A stretch of DNA of 63,370 nucleotides, filler included, from Choristocarpus tenellus KU-1152 (GCA_964200185.2; 7 parts of 7 records of this genome joined end to end with filler, not necessarily neighbours in it); one strand, 5' to 3'. Numbered from the whole stretch's first letter, positions 11,831-25,833 are shown. Program-made: numbers and translations. The notes: generated by a model not told the origin, from the sequence alone.

Positions 11831-14800
11831 TGTTAAAATGCCTGCTGAGCTTTGGGTTGGCAATGGGGTTCTGGTCTAGGACACCGCCAGTGGTGGTCCA
11901 ACCAGGGTGTGAGTGTTCTGGTCAGGGTTATCCCCCCTCTTTTTGGGTAGTGCAGGACCATGTGCAGTCCTTAGTAGAGTGATGGGTTGGCACTGGCCAC
12001 TGTGTGACTGAGGACGGTCTTCTTTTGTGTCCTTTGGCTGGATTGTTTTCTCCACGCTTGGTTTCTGGATGCTTGATTGCTTGATTGCTTTGTTAAAGCT
12101 GCCAACCACTATTGAATGAGAGCCACAGCACATAGTAACTGTGAAATATTTTTGGGAATGCCGGACCATGCCTTTGTGGTAGATGAGAAACACGTAATGG
12201 ACATTCTCCCAATGCATGAATAAGTATGCACATACTAGTATTTTGTCGAGACAGTAGAAAGCACTTACGCTTATTTTTAGTTCTATCTTTGCAATCAAGT
12301 TGTACACTACAACAACGAATCCCATCCTTACTGTGCAACAAAATCGATCAGCTCATCAACTTATCTTGGAGAACCAGCCAGGACAAAAGGACACTCGATT
12401 TTTCAAACAAATCTGTAGCTCGTGCTATTATTACTTGAGTGAGAAACTCTTAACAAACAAAAACTCTGGAGAAGTGTTAACACTACAAACCCTAACCCTA
12501 ACCTCCAGTGTCGTTGATCAAACCATGCACATGAATGACTCCTGAAATCCGACTCTTTTCGGGAGAGAACAGTAGAGAATCCGTAGTCGCTTGCAAGGTT
12601 GCACCACACGTAACTCACAGTCAATAGAGGAGTGGTGCCCGTCGATCGGTGGTGTGGTGTGTGTTTGCCTCAAACGACCACACCTGCTCTGTGTATTGAG
12701 AAATATACTACAGCACATTACAATAGTACATGTAGATAGATGAAAACTTGACTCCAAACTTGGATATCTTTGACTTGTAAACCCGATTCTTGCCCTTGAT
12801 TGAAAAAAAAGGAATTCTACTCGGTAGGACTCTGGAGTTGTGAGTTGCTGGTAGTGTCCCAATCTTCTTCCTTACGTCATGTATAGTTTTAACAATCTGA
12901 ACCACTGCAAATATACTGTGAAGCACTGGATGCTGTTTCGAAGAACATATTTCTGTGGAAAATTGCCCATCTCTTTCAGCGCTTCATCTTAGCAAGGAGC
13001 TTCTGCTTGGCAGTGAGTGGGGGCTTACCTTTCCGCACAGTTGCAGCGCCAGATACAGGAACCTGAATTGTTTGGTAGTGGAAGGGTCAACATCCGCAAG
13101 AGAGTGTGATGGTCAGAACATTGGGAAATGACGAGTTTAGATAGTAGGGAGGTGGTCACTAAGACAGGGCATTTATCTGACTATGATTATGTAGTTGGAA
13201 AAAAATGTAATCTTGACCAAAAAGGGGTAAATAAACCCGAACAATAAAAAAAATGTCCTAAAAGATGACTTGCATGTGCTGATGAAGTCATCGCCCAAAC
13301 ATTGTAAGGTTGTGACCCCACCAACACAAGGGGGAGGCAAGATGCAATCTTCCCACAGTCCATAAACCTCTTTAGAGATTTCTCAAAACAACTGGTATGG
13401 AATACCTACTCTCTACCTTACACCTTCCCTACACATACTTGACACAAGGCCGGTTGCAGAGGTTACTTTCACACGAAGACTTGAAAAGCATCATTTCTTG
13501 ACGATATCATCCAATCATCAATGAAGAGGAAGGTTCACTTTTGTATACTCAGCTGTAAAAATCTCAAATTCACCCCCAAGACTGTAGGCTAGAAACCAAC
13601 CGGCACAAAATAAACAATGAATTGGACCGCCCTCAATGCAATTGACTACTTGCATACCACAACACACACATATTGAAGTCACCACCATGAACTGAACAAG
13701 GGCAGAGTACCATAGGCGTTCGTCAAGCTCAAGTCAAACCACTTGACTAAAATTGCAAAGTAGTGATCCTGGTCAATGAACACGACAACCAATGCCTTTG
13801 TTGGCAACATTAGCAAACAAAACAAACAGGAAAAGATAAAAAAAAAAACTACTGACAATAATCCTCATGAATGACACCCAACCAAACAAAAAGATCGCCT
13901 GCCTGAAGTGCTGCAATCACCATCTCTCACCAATCCCATTCCCCACCCCCCCCTACACACAATACCACTACCTTGGATTGAGGAATAATCTTGAAGCGAC
14001 CCTTCGTACGAAGAACCTGTTGTTCTTCAGACGGAAGCCTTCTTGACACTGCCCCCTTTCCTGCGTGGACCTCTACTGGACCCCTACGGACAGCAGCCTT
14101 GTGAGGAGGGGGGCCTTGTCCCCGAACAGTGCTGCCAATCGGACCAAGGTTCGCTCTTCGAGCAGTCCCCTTCAACATGACAGCATCAGGCTGCTTGTCC
14201 AACGTATGGTCATCAGGGAGTACACCGTCCTGTGAGTGGAGGTGGGAACGGAGAGGCAAAAGAGGGATTGGTGGGGTTGACACCAATAAACATTTGTGGG
14301 CAAAACCATCCACTAAACCATCCACTGGAGCTTTGTTTTTGCGATGGTCTCAAGTGTGTTCATTAGATGACCAGGCCCTTGCAGCACATGCAACACGCGG
14401 ATAAGTGGTATCAGTATGGTAGTGGCTAGAGGTATCGGATCAGGTATCAGACAATCGCGATGATCAACCTCGCTCATTTCCTCCCTTGTCAAGAATAGTG
14501 AGCCAAACCAATTTAGAGGCAGGCAGGTTCTGTTCTCTTTTTTTTCATTTGAAGTCACCCTTCTTACCCCGTGCAATACACTCTTTTTTCACTGCTTTAT
14601 GTGCACAATAGTGTATACATAGTTGATATTCCATTCCCCCTTTCCACACACAAAGTCACACCACAATTCAGCAAATACTCTTTCTGCAATTGTACAATAT
14701 GGAATGATTTGACCCTTTCTTGCGATCCTTAAAATGCAACCCTGCCTACCTCTCTATGTGATTTAGGGTACAAAAAAAGGTCACATGATTAGAAAGGTGG

Positions 14801-15376
14801 TACAGTAAGGAAAAATAGCACAAAATCTTGCAAGCTATATCAATGTAATTGGAGATAATGATGACTTACACCATCCTAGTGCCCGCCAGCCATGGGTTCA
14901 ATTAGTCTTCAAAAATAGATGTACTTGACAGGGAAGTCCCGAATCGCAACGATTCAATTGGCCCAGTTAATGAAATAAAAATAATTGGTGTTGCAGCCAC
15001 TTTTGGGGGGAACAGTCGGCTGTTTATTGTGTTTATTTGGACCACACATGCACGGTACAATACCCACTGAAAATTAAAAAAAAGACCTCACTACACACTT
15101 ACTGCCATGGCCATGAATCTATCTGTATCAACCCTGCGGAGGCTTGACTCTGGAGACTTTTGAGTATCCACCGGCTGGGTACATGGGGAGTACGATAAAA
15201 ATCAAGATGCCTGACAAAAGTGAACCTTCTGTGGACCGTAGAACCAAAAAGCTTTCTACACACCATCTGAGGAGAGGGGCACAGTGCAATTTGGAGGCGT
15301 GTAGAGTTGGAAGTGTGCTGGGTACTCTGGAGGCTGAGCAATCAAGACCCTATGTGATAGATGCGGCTGACGCAAT

Positions 15377-15637
15377 CAGTCAAAGTATCTTAGAGGGTAG
15401 AGCCGTGTCCATTTGGGGGCCAAAATCCAATGTTGCGGTTTCGATGTAATTTTGGCTATCGTGTTTGTTAGGAGATGTCAATATCCTTGTTCTGGACACT
15501 CCTTTTCATAACGTATACATTTTACCTATACTCAGAAATATTTCGGAGCAGGAAAAATGCCATTAAAAATATGTGGGCAGTCAAGCCCCAAATGGACAAA
15601 CAGGTAAAAACTCGTACCCTCTAAGATACTTCAACTC
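15377..15637. mobile_element. MITE family A copy 3 (opposite orientation to copy 1)
   Basis: CAGTCAAAGTATCTTAGAGGGTAGAG...CTCGTACCCTCTAAGATACTTCAACTC; flanks (C)AAT/AAT. Confidence 0.92.
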
Positions 15638-17354
15638 AATAGAGGACAGCGCACACACACTGCAAGTGCTGAGAGGTCATAGCCCCCACCCGAGGAAGAT
15701 AGAGGGGTTCATGATGAGGGAACAGATGGAGCAGTCAAGGTGACTGGAGCATAACTCCGTCAAATCAGCAAAAACCTAGTGTTAAGATGGGAGAGGTGGC
15801 TTCAAAAGACCCATTCAAGTGATGGCGAGAGACTGCTTCATCCTGTTCACGTTAGACCAAGATATCCCACTACCGTGTGTGTGTGTGTGTGTGTGTGTCA
15901 TGGTCATCCCTGCTTCTCGGGCAGACTCTAGGTGCATACATACACTCTCGTCACCTTGGAACATTGCTACAGCTAAGAGATATAATATAAACTGGATCCC
16001 AACGATGTGAAGCTTCTTGTCTTCCTACACAACATCTCACTGGAGGTGTATATATGGTAGGTAGGCTGCCTGGGGTGCCAATAAGGCTGACGCCATCCTG
16101 AAGGCTGAAGGAATCCAGTTGCAGTGGCAGATCAGGCCATGGTTACTTTATCTAGAGTTGGGATTTGGATGTATGGTGCTACTACTCTGCAAGTACAGCT
16201 GCAACACCTGATTGTTGCTTGCGCTGAGTGTCCACTTCAACGTCACTCCTAATAGTACAAGTGTCTCGTGTATATATTGCGGATGGGTGTATGGTGAAAG
16301 AGGAAGACTTGTCCTTAACAAGTCAACACTAGCACACCTTCCGACCAATCTTTTCCCCCCTAATGGTCTTCAAATCAGAGGCTACATCAGAACAGTGAGC
16401 AAATACTTAGTATACATGCAAAGTAAGGTCACTTGATCATGTATTTGCAAGATAGTTATATTAACAAACATAGCTATTCCTAGCTGGTTCACAGAGAGAT
16501 ACTTCGGAGTAGTATCCTCCCATATAACCAACCACACTAATGAGGATTGCCAAAAAGCATCTCCTTTCAGAACGAGCAAAAGACATTAAATGCAAAAAAA
16601 AAAAACGTGTAGAACTTATGCAGACACAAATGTACACACTGTAAGTACATACTAAATCATATCCCCGAAATATCAAGTACATACAAACTGGAAGGTAAAC
16701 ACTCAGAGGTATCTCATCCCAAAATTCAAAACTTGAAGTGATATACAGAGAAATAACCAGTAACAATGCATCATGAACAGCACACAGAATACATTATAAG
16801 CTTATAAGCCCAGTACACTCACTCAGAAGTAGACTTAACTACTGTTAATAAAATACTTGTTGCTAATAACTGTCACTCCTCTCCACCTACCTCTCTGTCC
16901 GGTACGTATTCATCCTCAGAGCCCGCCTCTTCCAGCTCCCCAGCTTCCACATCTTCTTCTCCCAACCTTGCAATTGCTTTCAGTCTTTGGCAACACCATT
17001 ATTTCACCAAGGACTCAGATAAACAACCATCAGGGTAGAAATGTGACCTAGAAGAATCACACTAGACATACATAATATAAGACAAGTCTCAAGGGGCCGA
17101 CACAGTCCTATTACCCACAGCAAAAAATGGGGGTGCAGTTTAGTTGGTGGCACAGTTAAACCCCACAAGAAATCTCTGACAGTTCTTGTGATACAGTTAA
17201 CGGAGTTAATACAGACGAAAGGTAAGTACTGTAGCATCAAACTCTTCAAACAACCCCCAGTTAATCGTACAGCAGAAAACGGAAACTTCCTGAACCAATA
17301 TTGGTGCCCCCCCCCCCACCCCCAACACCCCCCCCCCCCCCCCCCCCCCCCCCC

Positions 17355-17454
17355 NNNNNNNNNNNNNNNNNNNNNNNNNNNNNNNNNNNNNNNNNNNNTT
17401 AATTAATTAANNNNNNNNNNNNNNNNNNNNNNNNNNNNNNNNNNNNNNNNNNNN
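17355..17454. other. Assembly spacer N44-TTAATTAATTAA-N44 (also 27897-27996, 39947-40046, 51577-51676, 56371-56470, 60192-60291; N10 at 44609-44618)
   Basis: Identical 100-nt pattern with six-frame stop linker at each site. Confidence 0.98.
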
Positions 17455-18487
17455 TGTAAATACACCTTTCCTGAAATGGAAACCCTGGAGTAGCCCCCCC
17501 CCCCCCGAGATACGTTTATTCATTCATCCATCTGTATAGTTAGGAGCTCTGACAAGAGGGGTCAAAATACCTTGGCCCAGGAGTTTGCACCTATTCAGTA
17601 AGTAGGTGTGTAGCAACTGCTGAAGGTCCCCATCCCCCTTGCGCATTATTGCAATCTGCAGGAGATAAGGGTTGAAGCCACTTTGGGCAGAACTACAGTG
17701 AGAATAGCTCACTTGTTACCGATACTCAGATAGCTTTTCGATTGCAGTACATTACATTGTCATAGGATTTCGGAGCAGTGGGGGCGGCTAAGCATTAATT
17801 TATCACCAACTGTACTACCTCTGACCCATGGCAATGAGGGAAACTAGAGCTCACAACTTCTTCAGCGACATCTGGTCACATCATCAATATTTACCAACAT
17901 GGACTTCCTTGAAAGAAAAAAAAAGTAACTTTATCCTGCCCTACCCTTCCCCCATTGTCATCCTCCATGAGGCTAGGTTCTTGATCAGTTGAAGCACATG
18001 GAAAAACATGGGGACGGGATAGGTAGGATGGAGTCGGATCTACTTCTGCAACTTATCAGAGCAAATGTCTTCATGTATGCCTTACCGGTCCATTGCAGGC
18101 CGCGCCTCTGTGCCTCCCTTGAGTTGAGACGTTTTATGCCTGGCGAGGTGAGTTGGTTATACATATGTTACGTTTGCTACCATGCCTGACAATGCAACAA
18201 CAACTTTCGACAGACACGATGTATGCCTGTTTCCTGACACCAAGGACACTACTTTCTACCCCATCTTCCCCACGCATGCTCTAACCCCCACCTATCCCTG
18301 AAGATATCTTAAAGCTGTAAAACCTACCATTATATCTTATTGGAAATGTCCTTTTCTGAATTGCCAGGTGGTGACCACAGCTCAAAACTACGGTGAGAGC
18401 CTCTACATTGTCCTAGAGGGTCGTCTTGAATACGCAACCCAGGTCTGATGACATCATGTATACTCCAAATTGAAGCAATGTTAAAAT

Positions 18488-18747
18488 GAGTCACAGTATC
18501 TTAGAAGGTAGAGCCGTGTTCGTTTGGGGGACAAAATCCAATGTTGCGATTTTGATGTAATTTTGGTCATCGTGTTTGTTAGGAAGTGTCAATATCCTTC
18601 TTGTAGACACATATTTTCATCATGTATACACTTTACCTACTCCCAAACATTTTGGAGTAGGAAAATATCATAAAAAAAACTCGTGGGAAGCCAAGACCCA
18701 AAAGAACAAACAGGGCATTGCTCCTACCCTCTAAGATGCTTTCATTC
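18488..18747. mobile_element. MITE family A copy 4
   Basis: GAGTCACAGTATCTTAGAAGGTAGAG...CTACCCTCTAAGATGCTTTCATTC; flanks AAAT/AATT. Confidence 0.9.
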
Positions 18748-18899
18748 AATTGTCAACCCATACACACACAAAGACACTATGGTGACCAGAAGTAATGGCA
18801 AATACAGGTAGCAACATGCATCCCTTCTAACCCATGGGCACTCGGCCACCTATTTACATCAAATGCACAGGATAACCACTGGGCAACAATGGACCGCTC

Positions 18900-20500
18900 C
18901 ATGGCCAAGGAAGCTGGTCTCACCCCAAAGTTGAAGTGCGTGGGGATGCTAACACCGGGTGACCATTTTGCCCCAGACTCCCTGCGGTCACTGGCTTCAC
19001 AAGAGCGGCGTGCTCATACTCTTCGAGAGGGGAGTTACCGCATCAGGTGCAGAGACACTCATAGGAAGTACGCAGGTAGGGCCGGGTGGCTCATTAGGTT
19101 CCATCTTTCTTGAAGCGCGCAAGAGGAAGGATGGGGAAGAATGGGGTACGTACGCTTTGAAATTTCTATAGAACTGTGTAAGGAATACAATCAATGGTGG
19201 GAAAAAAGAGAGAAGCAAGTCGATAAGAGCACTCCTCCTTACTGCCTTCAGCCTCCACAACCTTTCTTGACCACATTCTATAGATGCTCTCCAAATATAT
19301 CTGGGGGGGCTACTTGCCTGTTTCTTTCAGGCTCTAGGTTGGTGGCTGCTTTGAAGAGGACACATCAGATTGCAGCCACTATTACGGCCAGAACAATTAA
19401 AAATTTGCACACAAAAACTGAGAATACAGTCGGTCCAACCATTGGCACTGTCAGCCACAGAGGGGGAGTGACTGTTCAGTCGACAGCAGGGATGCTGAGA
19501 TGCTCCCCCTTGGCTTCATTCCACTCCAGTCAAGGCTCAGGACTTCCGGTAGCAAAGCACTTTCAAGATTGGCCAAATACTAGGGGAACTGTCAATTTCT
19601 GTAGTACAGAGAAGAGGGCAACGGGATTGGTGGAGACAGGGGAAAGAGTCAAAGAAAATTCTAGGAAAGGTCAAGGTGCAAGCGCATATGCATATGAAGA
19701 TAATGAGGAAGGGGTGCAGTTAGTCACAGGAGCAGGGGCAGGAGGAGCACGGGAAGGGATGAGCCCAGGGCATACACAGGTCGTGGTGAAAGGGCAACCT
19801 CCTCCAGGCATTTTCATCACAGGATTCCCCTCATTCCATCCCTTTCTAACTGTTAGTAATAGTAATGGGGCATGTGAGAGCGGAGTGGCAGTAGTACCCC
19901 AAAAAAGAAAGGGGGCATATAGAGAAACTTCAGAAGCCCTTGATACATGGCATGGGATAACAGAAGGGGATGGGGGAAGGTGTGGTTGGGCTCCTTGCAA
20001 GGAAGGTGATGGGTGCAGGGTAATGTATAGTGAGGGGTCAAGATGGGGAGGATCCAGTTCATTCTATCCCCAGCTGTGTCACATTGGCAGCAAGGTTACA
20101 GAGGAGTCGAGCTTGGGTTCTCTTATTAGTGCATGGTCCAGGTGTGAAGATCACCAACTGGAAGGTGGTTGGAACCAAGACTATGGCAGTCTTTTGGGTC
20201 AAAGAACGGGCGAGGTAGGGGATAGGAAGGGGAGCAAAGGCTGGAACTGGTACTGCCACAATGCCAATATTGGAACAGTTCGTGAGTTTGCAGAACCCAC
20301 AAAGGTGGAACTTCTGGAAATTTTGAAGTCCTTTATATCAATGCACGTATCATCAAAACAGGTGAGGACCTTAGGGTGGCAGCATCGCAAGAAAATGTCC
20401 ACATGCAAGATAGTGGTCGAAGGTTCCACTTGCCGTGCTCAAGGAGGCGGCTGTCGCATAATCTGTAGTGGTATTGATTATTAGTTATGTGCTGGTTCAG
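18900..20500 (-). mobile_element. Heavily decayed DIRS/Ngaro-type RT-RNase H relic
   Basis: Minus-strand fragments INTTTDYATA (cf. VNxxTDFxTAP), FLRCCHP...CIDIKDF (cf. LR..H/F...KIDVKDAF) and a degenerate VKKGCGG..GGVLL RNase H block occur in the expected order. Confidence 0.5.
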
Positions 20501-20619
20501 GGATAACAAAGACTCGGGTGGTGGTGGGCTACTCTACCTGCACAATCCACCGACTTCTTAAAAGTCAGGGTTGGGTATTTTCCAGTACAGAATGCATGTC
20601 ACAACCGAGGCATTGTGCT

Positions 20620-20877
20620 AGCCCAAAGTATCTTTGAGGGTAGAGCCGTGTCCATTTGGGAGTCAAAACCCGATGTTACGATTTTGATGTAATTTTGGCT
20701 ATCATGCTTGTTAGGAAGTGTCAATATCATTGTTCCGGACACACCTTTTTGTAGAGTACACATTTTACCTACTCCAAAAGATTTTGGAGTATGAAAACGT
20801 CATAAAAATGCCCGTGGGAAGCCAAGCCCAAACGGGCAAACAGGGCAAAACTCGTACCCTCCAAGATACTTTCACTC
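20620..20877. mobile_element. MITE family A copy 5
   Basis: CAAAGTATCTTTGAGGGTAGAG...CTCGTACCCTCCAAGATACTTTCACTC; flanks TGCT/TACT. Confidence 0.9.
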
Positions 20878-21117
20878 TACTTCACCTGCACATCAGTGCT
20901 AAGGATAAGGTCAACAGATGCAACCAATGTCTGCAACTCCATGCCAAGAGCTCCAGCTTCTTTTTCTTAAGGCACAGAGTGCACTACTAGCCCCCATACA
21001 AGAAACTTCTTCCTATGCTACACACATGGATGGATTAAATTCTTGAGTTTGTACTTCCTGGGGGTGTGAATAGTTTCGAAGGAAGGGTGTTGTGAAGGTG
21101 GGATAGTGAGCTCAAGT

Positions 21118-21357
21118 AAACGAGAGGTACCCATTTTTTTGCTGTTTTTCATTATAAGCAGTTTTGCAATCCTTTGTAATTTACCCACATTTCTATGGAT
21201 GAAGTGCTAAGTTTAACTTGAGAGGGTTGATTACTCTATTGTTTGAAAGTGTTTGACATAATTTGGAAATATCCTACATACATTGGGAAAGAGAGCCGAA
21301 GTTTGTACACATTTGGCACCATCCTTCAAATACAACTTTGGATACCTCTCCTAGTTT
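21118..21357. mobile_element. MITE family C copy 2
   Basis: AAACGAGAGGTACCC ... GGATACCTCTCCTAGTTT imperfect TIR; inverted homology to 8590-8874. Confidence 0.65.
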
Positions 21358-22449
21358 TCTTTGACTCAGTAGAGATATAATCCAGCTCCCAATCTATTAC
21401 CTGGTGCCCTAGCTCCCCTTTTGCTTTCCTGGACAAAGGGTGTGCAAATCCTCCATTTCCAAAAAAGTTGGAATACCCTTCTTCTACAAATTTGAAAACC
21501 GCATTTCACAGCAATCCCACAATTGACCTGCGATTGGATCAGCCAGAACGAGAAGATAAACAAACCTGTACAAATTGAGCCCTTTCTTTAACATTTTCCG
21601 TGACCAGACCCATTGCCAAACCCACAACTTGCAGGTGGCCATAGCCAGTTGCAGCTCTACCACCACAGTCTTTACCGGTCATGTTGACCTCGATGAGTCG
21701 ACTCTCCTGGGTCTCCTGTCTGACTGGGTTCGGGTGCCGAGCCTCCTTGACAAAGAGGTCTTTCTATATGCCTTAGGATACCAAATATTGAGTGCATGAC
21801 AAACGTTGTTGTTCTGTAACAGTTTATTGAATTAGCTCATTCTCTGGCCCCCTGTTCCTACCCAACACTTTTCCATCCTCCCTTGGTTTAGGCTGTAGAC
21901 TAGAGTGTTGCATTCCACTGTCTGCAGTGATGCTGCAGTGTCACCCTGCTGTACGAAATTTTGATTGGAAGGTTCCTACTTAGAGAGAGTGTTGCGTGGT
22001 AGCAAAATTTGAGTGAGGATCTCAACATTATTGTTCTAGTGTGTAACTTGATGAAATGGGCAAGTTTAAATCCAGTCTCTGGTGCAACTACAATAACTAG
22101 CAGACTGGAGCATGGTATGTACCTAATTTATGTTATGTAAGAAATTGAAACTCAGATTCTCTGCCTACACCGTTGATCCTCCACTCCCCATCGAAAGTCC
22201 CAGTTCTTTATACCTCCTAGACCAAGTCTTGACCATTATTAACTCCAAGTTTATATACAATCTGTTGTACCACGAACTCCAACAGAAGGTGGAAGAGGAG
22301 AGAGCAAGCATCCTACAACCCATTCCCATCTACTGTCACCAGTTAAATGCTACAGCTGCTATTTCCAAACAAGCAGTATCAGCTGGGGTTGGTACTGGAA
22401 GACTCCTGATGAATGGACCAATCCGATTAATGATAATCAAGGATGCTCA

Positions 22450-23400
22450 CAAGGCTAGAGTAGCTATGTTTTCCGCCATGAACATATGTTCAGAAAGACG
22501 TAAGAAAGGAAATGGTTCCAGTAGGAGAAGCAGGAGCAATAATATCTCTCATCGCAAGCTTGGCGAGGCGACAGCAACAGGAGGAGGAGAATGGAGGGAA
22601 GGAGTAGCAGGTACCTCTCGGGTAGGGGGACCTCGTCCTATGGGGCAAAGGGGAACAAGGCCAAGGGTGTTTTCCGCATTTTCCCACTCAAATTGGCAGA
22701 CACTCTCCCCCTCTGAACACCTATCCCCTCAAGCTGGAGCCCATCACTATCAATCCATGGCTTTGACTGGCCGCAGCATAGAGGAGTATCTCCATCCCTG
22801 CAGCTTGGGCAAAACTGATGGCAATGCGAGTCAAGGTGCACTTGAATCACGCCACTCAAGCTGTATCACACCGCCATGGTCTGGTAGTTGCAGGGGTGGT
22901 CTGAATAGTTCAGGAACCACTGATAGCAAAGCAAGTCAAAATAGCTTACTGCCACAAGCACCAAACCCTTACCCACCCCCATGGTCTGGTAGTCACAGGG
23001 GCAATAACAATGTGGATGAGGTGGGACCAGGTAGGTTTGCGTCAGGGCAGGGTGTTGGGGATAAGAGAGAGAACGGAATGAGGAAAGAGCATCAACGGCA
23101 TGGCAAGGAAGAAGGACTTGTGAAGTTGAATGATCAGGCTGTGAAGAAGGTGGATATTAGAGCACCAGAGTGGGAACCTCACATTACTGGACATAGTAGT
23201 GGGCAGGAGGTTTGCAACAACATGGGACGCAGGGGACGATCGTGGGGAAGACGGAACTTTATACCTCAGAAAGAGCACCAAATATGTGCGAATGGGGAAA
23301 CGTTTCAGTCCAAGCCTGGCAGTGAAACTGATGTCGTCGATAAGAGGGGACATTGCTGGAGAATGCCTTGTAGACCTCCTTCAGAGCCCTCAGCTATTCG
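22450..23400 (-). mobile_element. Decayed non-LTR retrotransposon RT (CRE-like)
   Basis: Minus-strand fragments LLPL*LPDHGGWVR/GACGSKLF*LA (cf. LIALxKPDGGVRPIACGxxLRRL), SGKMRKTPLALFPFA (cf. GVRQGDPLGPxLFAL) and AMRDII (cf. AYxDDI) occur in the correct order. Confidence 0.45.
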
Positions 23401-25525
23401 TTGGTTAAAAATTTCGTTAGAAGAGTATGGAAAGTGAGGGGACAATGTTATAGTACTGGCTATGGATAAAGGAGGAAGGTGCGTTTCAAAAATGCAAGAT
23501 CACACTCCGAGTTTGTCAAGGGAGTCGGTATAAAACGATTGTCCTGGACAGAAACACTCCTCCATGTTAAAGAATGTGTAGAATCCCAAGTCTTGATACT
23601 TCTCACAACTCATGCTAAGATTGAGGGGGCTAGGGTAGGGGAGAGGTCAGACTGAATGCGTCCTATTTACTGGATGTAGCGAGTAGGATTGTATATTTGT
23701 TGAGAAGATGCTAATTGCTGTATCATGTCCCCTACGCTACTCCTCTATTGCCCTTTCTCATCATCTTGCGATGTCTCTATGCTGTGTCAAACAGATAGAA
23801 ATGATAAACATGTGATAGTAAGTAGAGACACATGATATATTTGTTAGCATTGATGATCTTGGTATCAATATTGCAGGTATTGATATCCCACTTCCAAATG
23901 ACGGGAGTATTCTTTATAATTGTCACATCTAAATGATCTATTGTGTAGAAAGGCACAGAATCATGTCAGAAGAAATATTATTTTCGCGAAATAGAACCAA
24001 TGAACAAAAAAGGAAGAATTTACGAAACTACAGACCAACTGAAGAAAATTATGCCTCAAACTCTGATGAAGGGACGAACACTCATCCAAAAGAATTCGTG
24101 GTGGTGACATACGGCAGAAACGTCCTCAGCATGCCAGATGTCATGAAATATTGTTGGGTCAAACTTCGACACAGCTGTACCACCTGCTGTCTTCTGTATG
24201 TGCATGCCACTCTTGTATGAGATCGTGGAACTGGAATATTTAGTAGCAATGTAGCAGAGGAAAGCTGTTGGGACATGGAGCTCGCTCTAGTGCCTTCTTC
24301 ACCCGTGTCTGCCCCTGCCAACAGACTGTATCTAGGAAGTCCTCGAGGTCTGCATAGAAACTCTACCTGTAATAAGGTCCCCAGAGCAGTTATTACTTCG
24401 AGTCTCTGCTACGAGCATTGATTGGGAGTTTGGGCCTGTCATGCATGGGCAAAAACACCACAAGAGGCATCCCTGAACCCCAATATATCAGCATAGTTTT
24501 ACTGTTATTACAGTCAATTGAAGATACAAGTTTTCTATACTGGTCTTGTCCCATCCACACGGCCTTTTAGTATTTCTCAAGTTTGACATATTTCTCTGTT
24601 GAATGTATCACTTTTCTTTTCTGAATGTATCCATCGAAGTGGGTCTCGTGCTTCCTCGACCTTTGGATTCAGCTACCCCTCAGCTTCCTGCTTTGTCTCC
24701 TCCCTGGAATTTTGTGCTGGCGACAATGAAGCCTTTGCAACCTCATTCTTGGTCTGGTCGATTTGTGGCATACCCACAGGTAGGTTATTATTCCACAATC
24801 GTACCCGTTTTTGATGTTGTGAACAAAAATTATTATTGAATCGGTACGATTCGATTTATTTGCGATTGCATGAAACAGAAGATTAAGAGGGAATTTTCCG
24901 ATTGGCTTTCATTCCCCTAAATACCCTTCATTGTGGAGTTCGGCGAATCGCTCGCCCCGATTCGTCGGTTATGTTTATTTATGGAAAAGAAAATTTCAAA
25001 GTATGGAATTATGGAGGTGATAAACATAATTTCGTAAATTGTTTCAGATTAAATAACGGAGTTTCATTGTATGATTTTATCCAAATGTCCGACAGGTTTT
25101 AGGATTAAAGTCCAGATCATCAAATATTACCACAAATGGGTTCGGAACCTACCCCGATAATACTCTGTGTTCCAAACATATTAATCCAGTTTGTTTTGGG
25201 GTCACAACTGCTGTCTACACTTAAATCAGATCCCTTCACGCGCTGGCTACCATAATTCATTCAGCGGATTCCAACTCCCGTGATACCAAACTTCTTTTTA
25301 TGAGGATCTCGTGACGATTATCCTATTCCATGGGGGAAGCACAACGTATTCTACACTTGCACTATATCCTATTTGTGCTCTACCACAAAAATTGATTTCA
25401 CTAATCATCTGCTCCGTTGATCTCTAGATCAGTCCACCAATAGTGTTCTGAAGAGCCAGTAGTTTGTCGTGGCATACACACTCCCTTCCATGTGGGTGGT
25501 GGAAAGGAACAACTTGAATTTGAAC

Positions 25526-25833
25526 ATGGGTTTGGAGCGCGTCTCAAAAGGGTACTCAAAGGGTTGTTTTTTTTAGAAACCCAAGGGCCATGGGTTTGGA
25601 GCTCACTTTAAAGGGTCACTCAAGAGGTACTTTGTACACCTATGGGCCTATGGTTTGAAACATTACCTCAAAGGGGGTTTTGAAAAACCCAACGACCATA
25701 GGTTTGGTTCACACTTCAAAGGTCGTCCAATTTATTCATTTTTTAAATCCAAGGGCCATGGGCTTGGAGCACACCCCAGAAGGCTACTCAAAAGGTGGTT
25801 TTTAAAAACCTATGAGCCTATGGTTTGAAAAAA
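25526..25833. repeat. Degenerate tandem repeat, ~6 units of ~50-63 bp
   Basis: Recurrent CCATGGGTTTGGAGC / CCTATGGTTTGAAA heads followed by CTCAAA(A)GG and AAA(C)CCAAGGG blocks. Confidence 0.8.

Noticed and set aside
12546-17350. Additional genes in this interval (ORFs at 13927-14576, 16148-16436)
   Set aside because: No recognisable motifs or consistent splice chain; probably very old TE debris.
25526-25833. Possible CRISPR-like array
   Set aside because: The repeats are degenerate, the spacers are homologous to each other, there are no cas genes, and the context is eukaryotic.
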